Shown here: piece after piece, positions 52,648 to 61,367 of the stretch
Numbering within the stretch: the first letter of the stretch is position 1
Layout of the letters: the number at the start of each line of letters is the position of its first letter
IMG/VR virus record: IMGVR_UViG_3300031229_000003
Location: 3,415 to 67,414 of that record
Source: a virus
Taxonomy: Duplodnaviria > Caudoviricetes
Strand: one strand, 5' to 3'
DNA length: 64,000 nucleotides
Translations under genes and position numbers: made by a program
The notes under the pieces: model-generated
What the model was told of the DNA's origin: nothing
The model's input: only the letters and a program-made list of their open reading frames with translations
Databases searched by the model: none

Positions 52648-52660
52648 GAGGAGGGGGGGT

Positions 52661-53773
52661 TCAGCCGGCGCTGGCAGTGGAGAGGTTGGCGATCGGTACG
52701 ACGCGGCCTTCCGGCGTCACGAGGTCCTCGAGGCGGAGCTTCCCGTCTCGCCAGAGCTTCGCGCGGGTCGGTCCCAGGACGCGGTCCTGGAAGGTCTCGC
52801 TGCGGCCTTCGAGAATCGCTTCGCCAGCTTGCTCAGCCGGCGGAGCCACCCCGAAGTACTCCCGGAACTCCCCGGGAACCTCGGAGGGCTCGATACCCAG
52901 CTCGGCCAGCGAGCGAACGAGCGGAGCCTCGATCGAGCGGCAGTTGACGTGTCGAGGTACGCCGCCGTTGTACGGCAGGGTGTGCCCCAGAGGCTCGTAC
53001 AAGCCGTCCTCACCGCGCACGAAGCCCTTCCCCGCGTAGGCGAGGCAGACGATCGTGGTGTGCTCGTCACGGGTCGTCACCTGGTAGATCCCGCGGACGA
53101 CCGAGCCGTTGGCCGCGTAGAGCTCGTCGCGGGCGGCCGCGCCGACTGCCGTGTTCGCGGTGCGAGCCAAGGCCTCGGCCCACTCTCGCGAGACGGGACC
53201 GATCCCCTGGTGCGCACCGCCGCCGGCGATCCGGCGGGTGAGCTCCGGGATGCCTTCGCCGCGGAGCAGGCCCTGGCGCATTTGCTTGGCGAACGCCTCG
53301 ACGAGGTTGCGCTGCTGCTCGGCGAGCCAGTCTCGGACCGGTGCAGCGCCGGCGACGTCGCCCATCGAGACGAGCGTCTGGCCGGCGAGCGCCTCCAGGA
53401 GCTCGGGGCTCGTGACGACGGTGTTGACGTTGACCAGGTTGAGGATCGGCCCCACGGCCGTCCTCAGCGTCCCGTGCGTGAACTCGAGCGAGAACCGGGC
53501 GGTGCCCTGGAGCCTCTCGTCGAGGCGTCTGCCGATCTCGTCGTAGCGGCCGGCGATCGTGCCGCGGGTCTGCTCGAGCAGGCGCTCGGCGCGGGCGAGG
53601 CGGTGCGTCCGGCGGCGGCCGGGCGTGAGATCGGCCAGGCGGATCTGCTCGACGAGCTCGCGCTCGAGCTCCTCGAGGATCGGGAGGATGCTGGCGACGA
53701 GCGCGTCGTCGAGGTCGGCCAAGCGGGTCGAGAACGCCGCGATCCGCGCCAGGACGTCGTCGTGGAGCGTCAC
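52661..53773 (-). CDS. MuF-like (SPP1 gp7) minor head protein
   Basis: ALARTANTAV, VTTRDEHTTIVC, PRHVNCRS. Confidence 0.9.
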   Translation of the reverse strand: MTLHDDVLARIAAFSTRLADLDDALVASILPILEELERELVEQIRLADLTPGRRRTHRLARAERLLEQTRGTIAGRYDEIGRRLDERLQGTARFSLEFTHGTLRTAVGPILNLVNVNTVVTSPELLEALAGQTLVSMGDVAGAAPVRDWLAEQQRNLVEAFAKQMRQGLLRGEGIPELTRRIAGGGAHQGIGPVSREWAEALARTANTAVGAAARDELYAANGSVVRGIYQVTTRDEHTTIVCLAYAGKGFVRGEDGLYEPLGHTLPYNGGVPRHVNCRSIEAPLVRSLAELGIEPSEVPGEFREYFGVAPPAEQAGEAILEGRSETFQDRVLGPTRAKLWRDGKLRLEDLVTPEGRVVPIANLSTASAG

Positions 53774-53792
53774 GGCCGCGAGTCTAGCGGCT

Positions 53793-54128
53793 TCAGAACC
53801 TCACGGTGCCATCCGGCAGAAACATCGCCGGGAGGGCCTGAACCTCGGCGAAGGTCCGGTGGAGGCGGGCGTGGATCGGATCGCCGGCGGTCCGGCCGGC
53901 GCGGTTGACGATCTGGCCGCGGCGGACGTCGTAGCCGGGGGGCAGCCGGTCGTAGACGGCGGCAACGCGCTGGTCACGCCGGCGACCGAAGCGACGAAGG
54001 ACTTGCCCGGCGCCCACCCTGGCGGCCACCTTGTCCTCGTGGACGCACCAGGCCCAGCGCTCACCATCGAACATGCGGACCAGCCACCGGACGCTGTCGG
54101 TCGAAGCACGACGCCGGCGAGCCCTCAT
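53793..54128 (-). CDS. hypothetical basic protein
   Basis: ATGA overlap. Confidence 0.5.
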   Translation of the reverse strand: MRARRRRASTDSVRWLVRMFDGERWAWCVHEDKVAARVGAGQVLRRFGRRRDQRVAAVYDRLPPGYDVRRGQIVNRAGRTAGDPIHARLHRTFAEVQALPAMFLPDGTVRF

Positions 54129-54418
54129 GTCGGGCTGGGCCAACCTGCCGGATCGGACAGGCAACCGAGGTCCGACAGGTGCATGTGGAGCGAGACGGGG
54201 TAGATCGTCAGGCCCCGCTCCCAGGGGATCAGCTTGGCGTCGGCCCGGTCGGCGAAGCAAGGGAGGCAGAGGATCGAGTCCCGAAGGCTGGGGTGGACGA
54301 CCGCTGCCCAGACCTCGTTCGGGACGTGGAAGCCGAGGCCACGGATCTGGTGACAGACCTGGCAGCGCTCTCGGGTGGCGATGCCTGCGAGCGCTCGATC
54401 CGTGGGGGCGTCGCTCAC
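54125..54418 (-). CDS. zinc-binding hypothetical protein
   Basis: CQVC...FHVPNEVW...LCLPCF. Confidence 0.6.
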   Translation of the reverse strand: MSDAPTDRALAGIATRERCQVCHQIRGLGFHVPNEVWAAVVHPSLRDSILCLPCFADRADAKLIPWERGLTIYPVSLHMHLSDLGCLSDPAGWPSPT

Positions 54419-54684
54419 TCGATCCAGCCCTCAGAGGAGGACTCGCCGTTGCTCTCGCAGAGCCGGTGGAGGAGGTAGCTGCAGCCGGCGACGAGCTCGT
54501 GGCTGTTGCCCTCGGCGGGGTCGTTGATCCAGAACGTGCCGATCCGGTGAGCGGGTCGCACGACGACGAGCGCGAGAGACGTGATCTCGCCAGCCCGCGC
54601 CCGGGCGGCCATCGCCTCGAGCTTCGCGGCCATCTCCTCGCCCACCGACACGGCGCGGCGGGGGAGCTCCCGGATCTCGCTCAC
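54415..54684 (-). CDS. hypothetical protein
   Basis: GTGA overlaps at both ends. Confidence 0.5.
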   Translation of the reverse strand: MSEIRELPRRAVSVGEEMAAKLEAMAARARAGEITSLALVVVRPAHRIGTFWINDPAEGNSHELVAGCSYLLHRLCESNGESSSEGWIE

Positions 54685-55127
54685 GTCCGCGGCCAGCTCG
54701 CGAGGACGGTGACCGGGAGCGACGTGTTGTCGCGGCACAGATCGGCGACGATCTCGACCGGGGAGCGGATCTCCTCGTCGCGGAAGTATCGAGCCAGGCT
54801 CGTGGCGGTGGCCCACACGCAGGCGCTCAGGTTGACGCCGGCCAGCCGGACGAGGCTCGGCCATAGCTCGCGGCCCTTGAAGTAGGCGGCGAGGACTGTG
54901 CCGCCATCGTCGTGTTCCTTGTAAAGCTCTACCGCTTCCTCGGGGAGGTCGACCACCGACGCGCCGCTCGAGCAATAGAGGAGGTGGAGGACCAGGCCGC
55001 CGGCGTCGACCACGGCCTGCGCGCGCTTCTGGATGGCGGCGATCAGAGCCGGGTCGCGAGCCGCCGGATACTCCGACTGCATGTCGACGACCACGAAGAC
55101 GAGGGGCCGGTCGGCGTTGGTCGTCAA
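54681..55127 (-). CDS. isochorismatase/nicotinamidase-like cysteine hydrolase
   Basis: FVVVDMQSEY, ELYKEHDDG, LAGVNLSACVWAT. Confidence 0.8.
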   Translation of the reverse strand: MTTNADRPLVFVVVDMQSEYPAARDPALIAAIQKRAQAVVDAGGLVLHLLYCSSGASVVDLPEEAVELYKEHDDGGTVLAAYFKGRELWPSLVRLAGVNLSACVWATATSLARYFRDEEIRSPVEIVADLCRDNTSLPVTVLASWPRT

Positions 55128-55483
55128 CCGCGGATCGCGTGGACGGCGAAGGTGAAGTCGCCTCCGGTGCCGGCGGGCAGCGTGTAGCGGACCTTCAGGT
55201 TGCCCGGGCAGGCGTCGATGATGACGGACTGCTGGCCCGTCTCGTCGGCGGCGAGCTGCGCGAAGGCGTGAAGCAGGTGTTCGACGCCACCGACGACACC
55301 GTAGACCTCGACGTCGAGCGTTCGATCGCCTGGGGAGGCGGCCGAGACGTCGAGAAAGAGGCGCACGGCCAGCGACCCGGTGACGATCGTCCCCACGCCG
55401 GCCATCGTGTCGACGGTCCCACCTTCACCCGTCTCGGTGGCGGTGACCTCTGGCAGAAGGGCGAGCTCTCGGTAGGCGGACAT
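55124..55483 (-). CDS. small beta-sandwich protein, possible virion decoration
   Basis: LFLDVSAASPG..TLDVEV...VRYTL..GT...FTFAV. Confidence 0.55.
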   Translation of the reverse strand: MSAYRELALLPEVTATETGEGGTVDTMAGVGTIVTGSLAVRLFLDVSAASPGDRTLDVEVYGVVGGVEHLLHAFAQLAADETGQQSVIIDACPGNLKVRYTLPAGTGGDFTFAVHAIRG

Positions 55484-55489
55484 GAGAGC

Positions 55490-55960
55490 CTACTTTGAAG
55501 GCTCGGAGCCGCTGGAGGTGCCGCCGTCCGCGTCCTCGGGGGTCTCCCGCTGTCCCGGAGGGCTCGCGACCGGCAGGCCCGCCGCAAGCGCGGCGTCCAC
55601 CTTCGCCGGGTCAGCGGTGAAGGTCAGGTGGATCAGGGGGTGAGCCTGCGCTTCGTAGCCCCACGCGGCGACGTTGATGAGGTCGTTGTAGTGAACGAAC
55701 GTGATCGTGCCGGCGAGCGGCGCCGCGCCTTCGTTGGGGTCGCGGACCCACACGGGGTCGCCGACGACCGCGCGTGGAGACCTCGAGGCGTGCAAGGCGA
55801 CCACCGGAGAGGCGTCTTCGAGGAGGATCTTCTCGATGGTAGCGATGCGGGCCTCGAGCGGTTTGCGCTGGGGGTCGAGATCGAGCTCGCCGGCGACGCG
55901 GGGCTTCGGCCGGGCGGCTGCTGCGGCTTCCATCTGGGCGGGGTCCTCGGGTGGGTTCAT
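55490..55960 (-). CDS. hypothetical protein
   Basis: AAAGGAGG RBS. Confidence 0.65.
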   Translation of the reverse strand: MNPPEDPAQMEAAAAARPKPRVAGELDLDPQRKPLEARIATIEKILLEDASPVVALHASRSPRAVVGDPVWVRDPNEGAAPLAGTITFVHYNDLINVAAWGYEAQAHPLIHLTFTADPAKVDAALAAGLPVASPPGQRETPEDADGGTSSGSEPSK

Positions 55961-56252
55961 GGTGCTGGACCTCCTTTCGGTCCAGAGGTTAACAGAGGCC
56001 GCGGCCGTCGACCAGCGGCAGCCGCATCAGCGCCTCGAGACGGTCCCAGCAGGGCGCCTCGAGATGGCGCCGGATCTCGGAGTCGAGCGCGCATGCCCGC
56101 TCGACGTGCAGCCGGATCTCTTCCTCGAGGCGTCGCAGCCGGTCGGCATGACGAGCGCTCGCCGCTGTCGGACGCGGTCGGACGGGGATCGAGCGGGCAG
56201 GAGCTCGCAGCGGTTGGCGGGTCGTGCCAGGAGCCGCCGACCCGATGTACCG

Positions 56253-56444
56253 TCACCGCCCGAGCCTCGGTGGATCGAACGCACCGCATTCGTCGATTCG
56301 GTGCGGCCCCTCGATCGGGCAGTCGGGGCGGACGAGGTGTGAGCAGAGCTCCGGAGCGCAAGCCCAAGCCACGAAGACGACCGTCTCGTGGTCGGGGAAG
56401 CCGGGCGCGTGCTGGCAGTCCGTCTGCCGGGGTCGGGGCGTCAC
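56253..56444 (-). CDS. small Cys-rich protein
   Basis: GTGA overlap with DUF1353; five Cys. Confidence 0.45.
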   Translation of the reverse strand: MTPRPRQTDCQHAPGFPDHETVVFVAWACAPELCSHLVRPDCPIEGPHRIDECGAFDPPRLGR

Positions 56445-56887
56445 CGACGTCGTCCGAGGATCCGTCGTTCAGCACGGCGCCACGGCAGCCAGCCCGCCAA
56501 GCGGACCGCACGGTAGGCGGAGCGTCGCTTCCACCGGACGACGCCGCTCTCGCGGAGGAGACGAGCAAAGAGCCGATCTGCATCCTCGCGCGTCCAGGGT
56601 GTCGAACAGGGCTCGCCCTCGATCAGGAAGAACCGCCCTGGGACACGCCCGGCGTAGCGGTAGACGAGATCGTGCGCCAGAGCGCCCTCCGTCAACTCGG
56701 CGGGAGCAATCAAGCCCCACAGCGGCCGCGGGATGCTGCCGAGATCGGTGACGAAGCCGGCCGCCACATGGAACTCTCGTGTTTTGCCACCGTGATCCCA
56801 CTCGTAGGACCAGCTCTCGATGAGCCGGTGGTTGCGCCGGTCCGGCTGCAGCTCGAGGCGGGGAAAGCGGACCCGAACCGCCATCAC
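56441..56887 (-). CDS. DUF1353-family protein
   Basis: VAAGFVTDLGSIPRPLW, ALAHDLVY, READRLF, AYRAVRLAG. Confidence 0.88.
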   Translation of the reverse strand: MMAVRVRFPRLELQPDRRNHRLIESWSYEWDHGGKTREFHVAAGFVTDLGSIPRPLWGLIAPAELTEGALAHDLVYRYAGRVPGRFFLIEGEPCSTPWTREDADRLFARLLRESGVVRWKRRSAYRAVRLAGWLPWRRAERRILGRRR

Positions 56888-58395
56888 GCTGCGTCCTGGG
56901 TGAGGTCCGGCTGGTCCTCAGCCTCGTCGGCCTTCGCGTCGGTCGGCACCCGGCCGCCACCGGGAACCGGCATCGTGAGGAGCCGCTTCATCTCCTCGTC
57001 CTGACGCTTGCGGGCCGCCGTCGCGGCGCGGTCGGCGTCGAAGGCCTCGCCGTAGACGCCCAGCCGCTTCATCTCCGGGTAGTAGAGCTCCGGCTCGAGG
57101 TCGCCCTCGAGGTAGTCCTTCTGGATCAGCTTCGCCCGCTCGAGGTCCTGGGGCGCGGGCCCGAAAGCGGTGAACAGCCCCACCGTGAAGCGATCCGGCA
57201 GCCGCGCGTAGCGGGCCATCGCGTGGAGGACCTGGTTCCAGGAGTCTTGCCAGCCGAGGGTCCATGCCTGCGCGGTGGTCGTCGCCCGCGAGAGGTCGAT
57301 CATCCGCCCGGTCGCCGTGACGCCGCTGTCGTCGCTGACCAGCGGCTGGAGGCTCGCCACCTCGATCTGCCGGGTCAGACGCTCGAGGTCCTTCATCGAG
57401 ATCTCGAAGCTGGCTCCGGTGTGCTCGACGAAGTAGAACCTTCCCCGCGGCTCGGTCATGTACCACAGTCCCTTGTGGCTGACCGTGTCGATCTTCTTGG
57501 CCTCGTCCTCCGTCAGGCCGGACGCTGCGCGCTGGGGGACGTTGCCGATGTGGAGGCCGTAGTCGAGGTCCGACTGCTTGTTGAGCAGCACGCGGTTGGC
57601 CTCGGCCGTGTCGTAGAGGGGGGGCACCGACACCCACGGCAGGCGCTCGCCGCAGACGCCGGTCCCCGTGTAGATCGGGAACAGCGGGATGAACTCCTGG
57701 GGCGAGAAGTACCCGCTGAGCTCTTCTTTCGGTTCCTCGCGGAACGGCGACTTCGGGTCCTTCGGCTTCTCGCGCTCATAGACCTCCCAGCGCGCGTAGC
57801 GGTCGAGCCCGCCGGCGGTCGGCTCACCGTCGTAGAGCGCCCAGATCTGGTCCTCGTGCCACTTGATCCAGGGCTTGGCTTCGTCGCGGTTGACGATCGA
57901 CATGCGGATGCGGACCGGCGCCCCTTCCTCCCAGGGGTCGAGGACGTCCTCGGAAGGGATCTCCACCAGGTAGGGGCGACCGTCGTCGGCATCCCAGGTG
58001 ACGAGGACGAACATGAGTCCCATGCCGACCGACGTGATGCAGCTCGCCCGCATGACCTGGCGGAGGTCCCGGTCGAACCCATCGACGTCGTTGGCCCAGG
58101 GCCCGGCGGGCTGGAGGACCTCCGGAGCGTCGTCGCTCCACTCGAGCTGCCGAGTGAACGGCTGGCCGCCCAGGTGCTCCATGGCGGACCAGTAGAGCGG
58201 ATCGAACCGGAGGGCGTTGAGCCGGCGCTGGTAGTCGTGGTCACGCTCGCGCGGGCTGCGCCAGAGGTGCTCGTCAGCGCATTCGCGAAGCTTCAGCACG
58301 CCACCGCGAAGGTCGCGGGGGAGCTGCCGGTAGCGTTCCATCAGCGTCCACTCGGCCGAGGGCGTGTCGACCGTGGCCTCGGTCTTCCGAGCCAT
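56884..58395 (-). CDS. portal protein (DUF4055-like)
   Basis: 503 aa after terL; YQRRL, PPLYDTAEAN..L.KQSD...LH, TATGR.ID. Confidence 0.88.
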   Translation of the reverse strand: MARKTEATVDTPSAEWTLMERYRQLPRDLRGGVLKLRECADEHLWRSPRERDHDYQRRLNALRFDPLYWSAMEHLGGQPFTRQLEWSDDAPEVLQPAGPWANDVDGFDRDLRQVMRASCITSVGMGLMFVLVTWDADDGRPYLVEIPSEDVLDPWEEGAPVRIRMSIVNRDEAKPWIKWHEDQIWALYDGEPTAGGLDRYARWEVYEREKPKDPKSPFREEPKEELSGYFSPQEFIPLFPIYTGTGVCGERLPWVSVPPLYDTAEANRVLLNKQSDLDYGLHIGNVPQRAASGLTEDEAKKIDTVSHKGLWYMTEPRGRFYFVEHTGASFEISMKDLERLTRQIEVASLQPLVSDDSGVTATGRMIDLSRATTTAQAWTLGWQDSWNQVLHAMARYARLPDRFTVGLFTAFGPAPQDLERAKLIQKDYLEGDLEPELYYPEMKRLGVYGEAFDADRAATAARKRQDEEMKRLLTMPVPGGGRVPTDAKADEAEDQPDLTQDAA

Positions 58396-58535
58396 CGTCC
58401 CCCCTTCTGTCGTCCGGCCTCGGTTCGGGGATTCTCTCCCGCCGGCCCGGGCAAGCGCAAGGGTGCCTCACCTGTGGGGCACCTGGTGGGGTACTTCTGG
58501 ACACCTCGGATCGTGACGAAAAAGCGGCAGCGAGC

Positions 58536-59954
58536 CTACGAGACGTGCTCGAGGACGCCGGCGGTGACCTCGTCGCCGTGCAGGCCGTAGCTCACCGCGT
58601 CGAGGCCGTGGTCCGTGTCGCACTTGAGCGGGACCTCGCGGTCGACGGGATCGTGGACCAGGAAGGGGACCGTCTGCCAGAAGTACCAGCAGCGGGTCGA
58701 GACGTAGAGCCCGGGCTCCTCGAAGTTGCCGGCGGCCTTGAGCATCCGCTTGATCTGGAGCATCCGCGGCGCCCGGTAGCCCTTACGGGCCTTGCGCCAG
58801 CGCACGCCCTCGGCCGCGTACTCGTCGGCGATCGAGCCCCTCTTGTGGCCCTCCTGGGCGAAGCAGGCGTCGTCGGCTGGACCCGCGGGCGGGATCGACC
58901 AGCGGCGGGCGAGGCCGTGGATGTAGACGGCGACCTGCGGCACCGTCCAGCCGAACGCCGTCCCGAGATCTCCCTCGCGGTGGCAGACCCACTCGTCGAG
59001 GACGAGCAGCGACCCGGCGGGGTAGAACCGGCCGTCCGGGCCGAGGCTGCCGGGGCTCTTCGCGATGACGTAGCAGGCCGCCGGCGAGGCCGAGCCGTGG
59101 TCGTAGCAGAGCCAGAACTTCCAGCCGGCGGGTGACCAGGAGCCCCATCCGTCGGGCTCGGGCCACTCGAACTTGATGCGCGGGTTGTCGATGACGGCCG
59201 CAAAGTAGGCGCCACGGGCGATCTTCCAGTCCCCCGACGTCCACGCCCGCAGGAGCTCGAGGTCGTTGCCGGCCGCCAGAGCGAGCGTCGTCAGGTAGTC
59301 GGGGCCGTTGAACGGGTTGTCCCGGTAGGTCGACGGGCAGTTGATCCACGTCTTCGCGAACTTGCGGACCTGCCCTGCGAGCAGGACCTCCGTCTCGACC
59401 GTGTAGGGCCGGAACGGCTCGCCGGCGAAGACGTGACGCTGGGCGAGCCACTGGTGACCGATGCCGCCCGGGTTGGCCCCGAGGGTCATCCTCGAGGGGA
59501 TCGGGCCGCGGAGGTTCGAGCTCAAGAGGTCGATCACCAGGGCGCTCATGAACTGCTGAGCCTCGTCGACGTAGATGTCGGTGAAGCTGCGTCCCTGGTA
59601 CGTCTGCTCGTAGTAGCGGCGTCCCTCCTCACCGTCCGGCTGGATGCCGAGCTCGAAGTGGGTCCCGGTCGGGATCGTCCACTGCATCGAGCTCCGGTTG
59701 AGGCTGTGGCGCTTCGGGCCCCAGAACTGGTCGAAGACGCTGTGCAGGACCTCGGTGATGTCCGAGAGCGACTTGTACGGCCCCTTGCGGATGTAGAGGA
59801 TCCGGGCCCGCCGCTGGTAGCGCTCGGCCCGGATGCCGATGCCCTGAGCGAGCCCTACGCTCTTGCCCCCGCCGCGGCCGCCACCCAGGAAGCGGTTCCA
59901 GGGCTCCGGAACCGCGTGCACCAGGCGCTGGAAATCGGTGTACCCGAACCGCAC
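58536..59954 (-). CDS. terL: terminase large subunit
   Basis: GGGRGGGKS, YQGRSFTDIYVDEAQ, GANPGGIGH.W, YDHG, LDEW, DHGLDAVSY; exact start uncertain (GTG 59954). Confidence 0.93.
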   Translation of the reverse strand: MRFGYTDFQRLVHAVPEPWNRFLGGGRGGGKSVGLAQGIGIRAERYQRRARILYIRKGPYKSLSDITEVLHSVFDQFWGPKRHSLNRSSMQWTIPTGTHFELGIQPDGEEGRRYYEQTYQGRSFTDIYVDEAQQFMSALVIDLLSSNLRGPIPSRMTLGANPGGIGHQWLAQRHVFAGEPFRPYTVETEVLLAGQVRKFAKTWINCPSTYRDNPFNGPDYLTTLALAAGNDLELLRAWTSGDWKIARGAYFAAVIDNPRIKFEWPEPDGWGSWSPAGWKFWLCYDHGSASPAACYVIAKSPGSLGPDGRFYPAGSLLVLDEWVCHREGDLGTAFGWTVPQVAVYIHGLARRWSIPPAGPADDACFAQEGHKRGSIADEYAAEGVRWRKARKGYRAPRMLQIKRMLKAAGNFEEPGLYVSTRCWYFWQTVPFLVHDPVDREVPLKCDTDHGLDAVSYGLHGDEVTAGVLEHVS

Positions 59955-59958
59955 AGCA

Positions 59959-60534
59959 TCAGGCGTCCGGCGGCGCCGCGGCGAGGTCCTCGTCGACCGC
60001 CTCGTCGCCGGCGCTGCCCGGCAAGCTCCCGGACCGGCGCATCGCCTCGGTGAGCTGCGTGTAGGCGTCCGCCGGGAGAGCCACCGGCAGGACCAGTGCC
60101 TCCGGCATCTCGCGCGAGCCCTCGGCCGACATGACGCCGGTCGAGCGGAGCACGTCCTCCGCGTCCGCACCCTGGCCCATGACGTTGCGACCGTAGCGGT
60201 TGCGGTTGCGGCGTTCGAGCCTCCACGCGGCCGCCTGCCAGGCCTGCTCGGCTGCGGTGCCGATGATGCTCATGTCTTTCAGTTCGGCTTGAGCGACTGC
60301 TTTTAACATGGCGTCAGAAAATTCTCGGCAGAGCCGTTGCTTCTTGGTGAGCCGAACTCCCTTCTTTGCGTCACGAGCCTTCGCGCCGGTCCGGAGCCAC
60401 TCGTACAGGGTCTCCTTGTGGATTCCCGCGAACGCGGCCGCCGTTTCGATGTAGGCGCCGCCGGCGACGAGCGCCCGAATCTCGTCGATCTTCTGCTGGC
60501 TGATCTTGGGCGGTCGACCGCGTCGCTTCGCCAT
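59959..60534 (-). CDS. terS: terminase small subunit
   Basis: GRPPKI, HTH AAAFAGIHKETLYEWL, WQAAAWRLERR. Confidence 0.85.
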   Translation of the reverse strand: MAKRRGRPPKISQQKIDEIRALVAGGAYIETAAAFAGIHKETLYEWLRTGAKARDAKKGVRLTKKQRLCREFSDAMLKAVAQAELKDMSIIGTAAEQAWQAAAWRLERRNRNRYGRNVMGQGADAEDVLRSTGVMSAEGSREMPEALVLPVALPADAYTQLTEAMRRSGSLPGSAGDEAVDEDLAAAPPDA

Positions 60535-61367
60535 CAGCCGTCGTCCTTTCCGTCCTCCGCCGCGCGGACTTCTGCGAGAGCGACTTCGGTCAGCTTGGCG
60601 ACGGCCGTGCCCCCCGAGAGGATCTTCCGGACCCTGGCGTACTGAGCGCAGGCCGAGACGAACTCCTCGAAGGCCTCGACCGGGGCGACGACCACGAGCT
60701 CCTGCTGGCCGTCGAGGGCTTCGAGAAGCTCCTCGAGCGCCTCGAGCTGGTGAGGCAGGAACGTGAAGGTGATCGTCTTCCACGAGAACTCGGCCCGCGG
60801 CATCAGAAGCGTTCCGCCGTCCCCCTCCGGGGCGGTCAGGAGCGTCTCGTCGGCGCCGCTCGCGATGAGGTCCTCGGGGTTGTCGATCCGTCCGAGAAGC
60901 TCCCGGACCAGGTCCTCGTCGTCGTAGCCCACCAGGAAGTTGTGGGCCAACTGCTTGGCGATCAGCTCAGAGCGAGTCATCTCAGCGCGGTCGACCACCA
61001 CCCAGGCCTCGAGGATCCCGGCGGCGCGCAGCGCGCGGATGCGGTGGTGGCCCGAGACGATCGTGATCAGGCCGTCGCCGGCGGGCTGCGCGCAATACGG
61101 GAACTCGCCCTCGAGGCCACCCCGCTGTTTGATGTTGGCGACCATACGCTCGAACTTCGCCTTCGGCATGACGTGGGCGTTGAGGTCCGACTCCCGGAGC
61201 TCCCCGAGCGGCGCGTGGACGAGCCAGAAGCCGTTGCCGAGGTCGAGCTCGCGGAGCTCCGCGGACGGTGCGGCAGGGGGTTTCGAGCGGGGCACTGCCC
61301 CTTTCTTGGCGCGCTTCGAGGGCGCGGTCTTCTTTTTCACCCGGCCGGCTGTCGATGCTTTCGCCAC
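60534..61367 (-). CDS. ParB/sulfiredoxin-like N-terminal domain protein
   Basis: NAHVM...FERMVANIKQRG...IVSGHHRIRALRAAG; GGAGG RBS before GTG 61367. Confidence 0.8.
   Translation of the reverse strand: MAKASTAGRVKKKTAPSKRAKKGAVPRSKPPAAPSAELRELDLGNGFWLVHAPLGELRESDLNAHVMPKAKFERMVANIKQRGGLEGEFPYCAQPAGDGLITIVSGHHRIRALRAAGILEAWVVVDRAEMTRSELIAKQLAHNFLVGYDDEDLVRELLGRIDNPEDLIASGADETLLTAPEGDGGTLLMPRAEFSWKTITFTFLPHQLEALEELLEALDGQQELVVVAPVEAFEEFVSACAQYARVRKILSGGTAVAKLTEVALAEVRAAEDGKDDG

Noticed and set aside
58536-60170. terL starting at 60170 as in the ORF track
   Set aside because: The first ~70 codons overlap terS and are Arg/Pro-rich noise; a start near 59954 fits better
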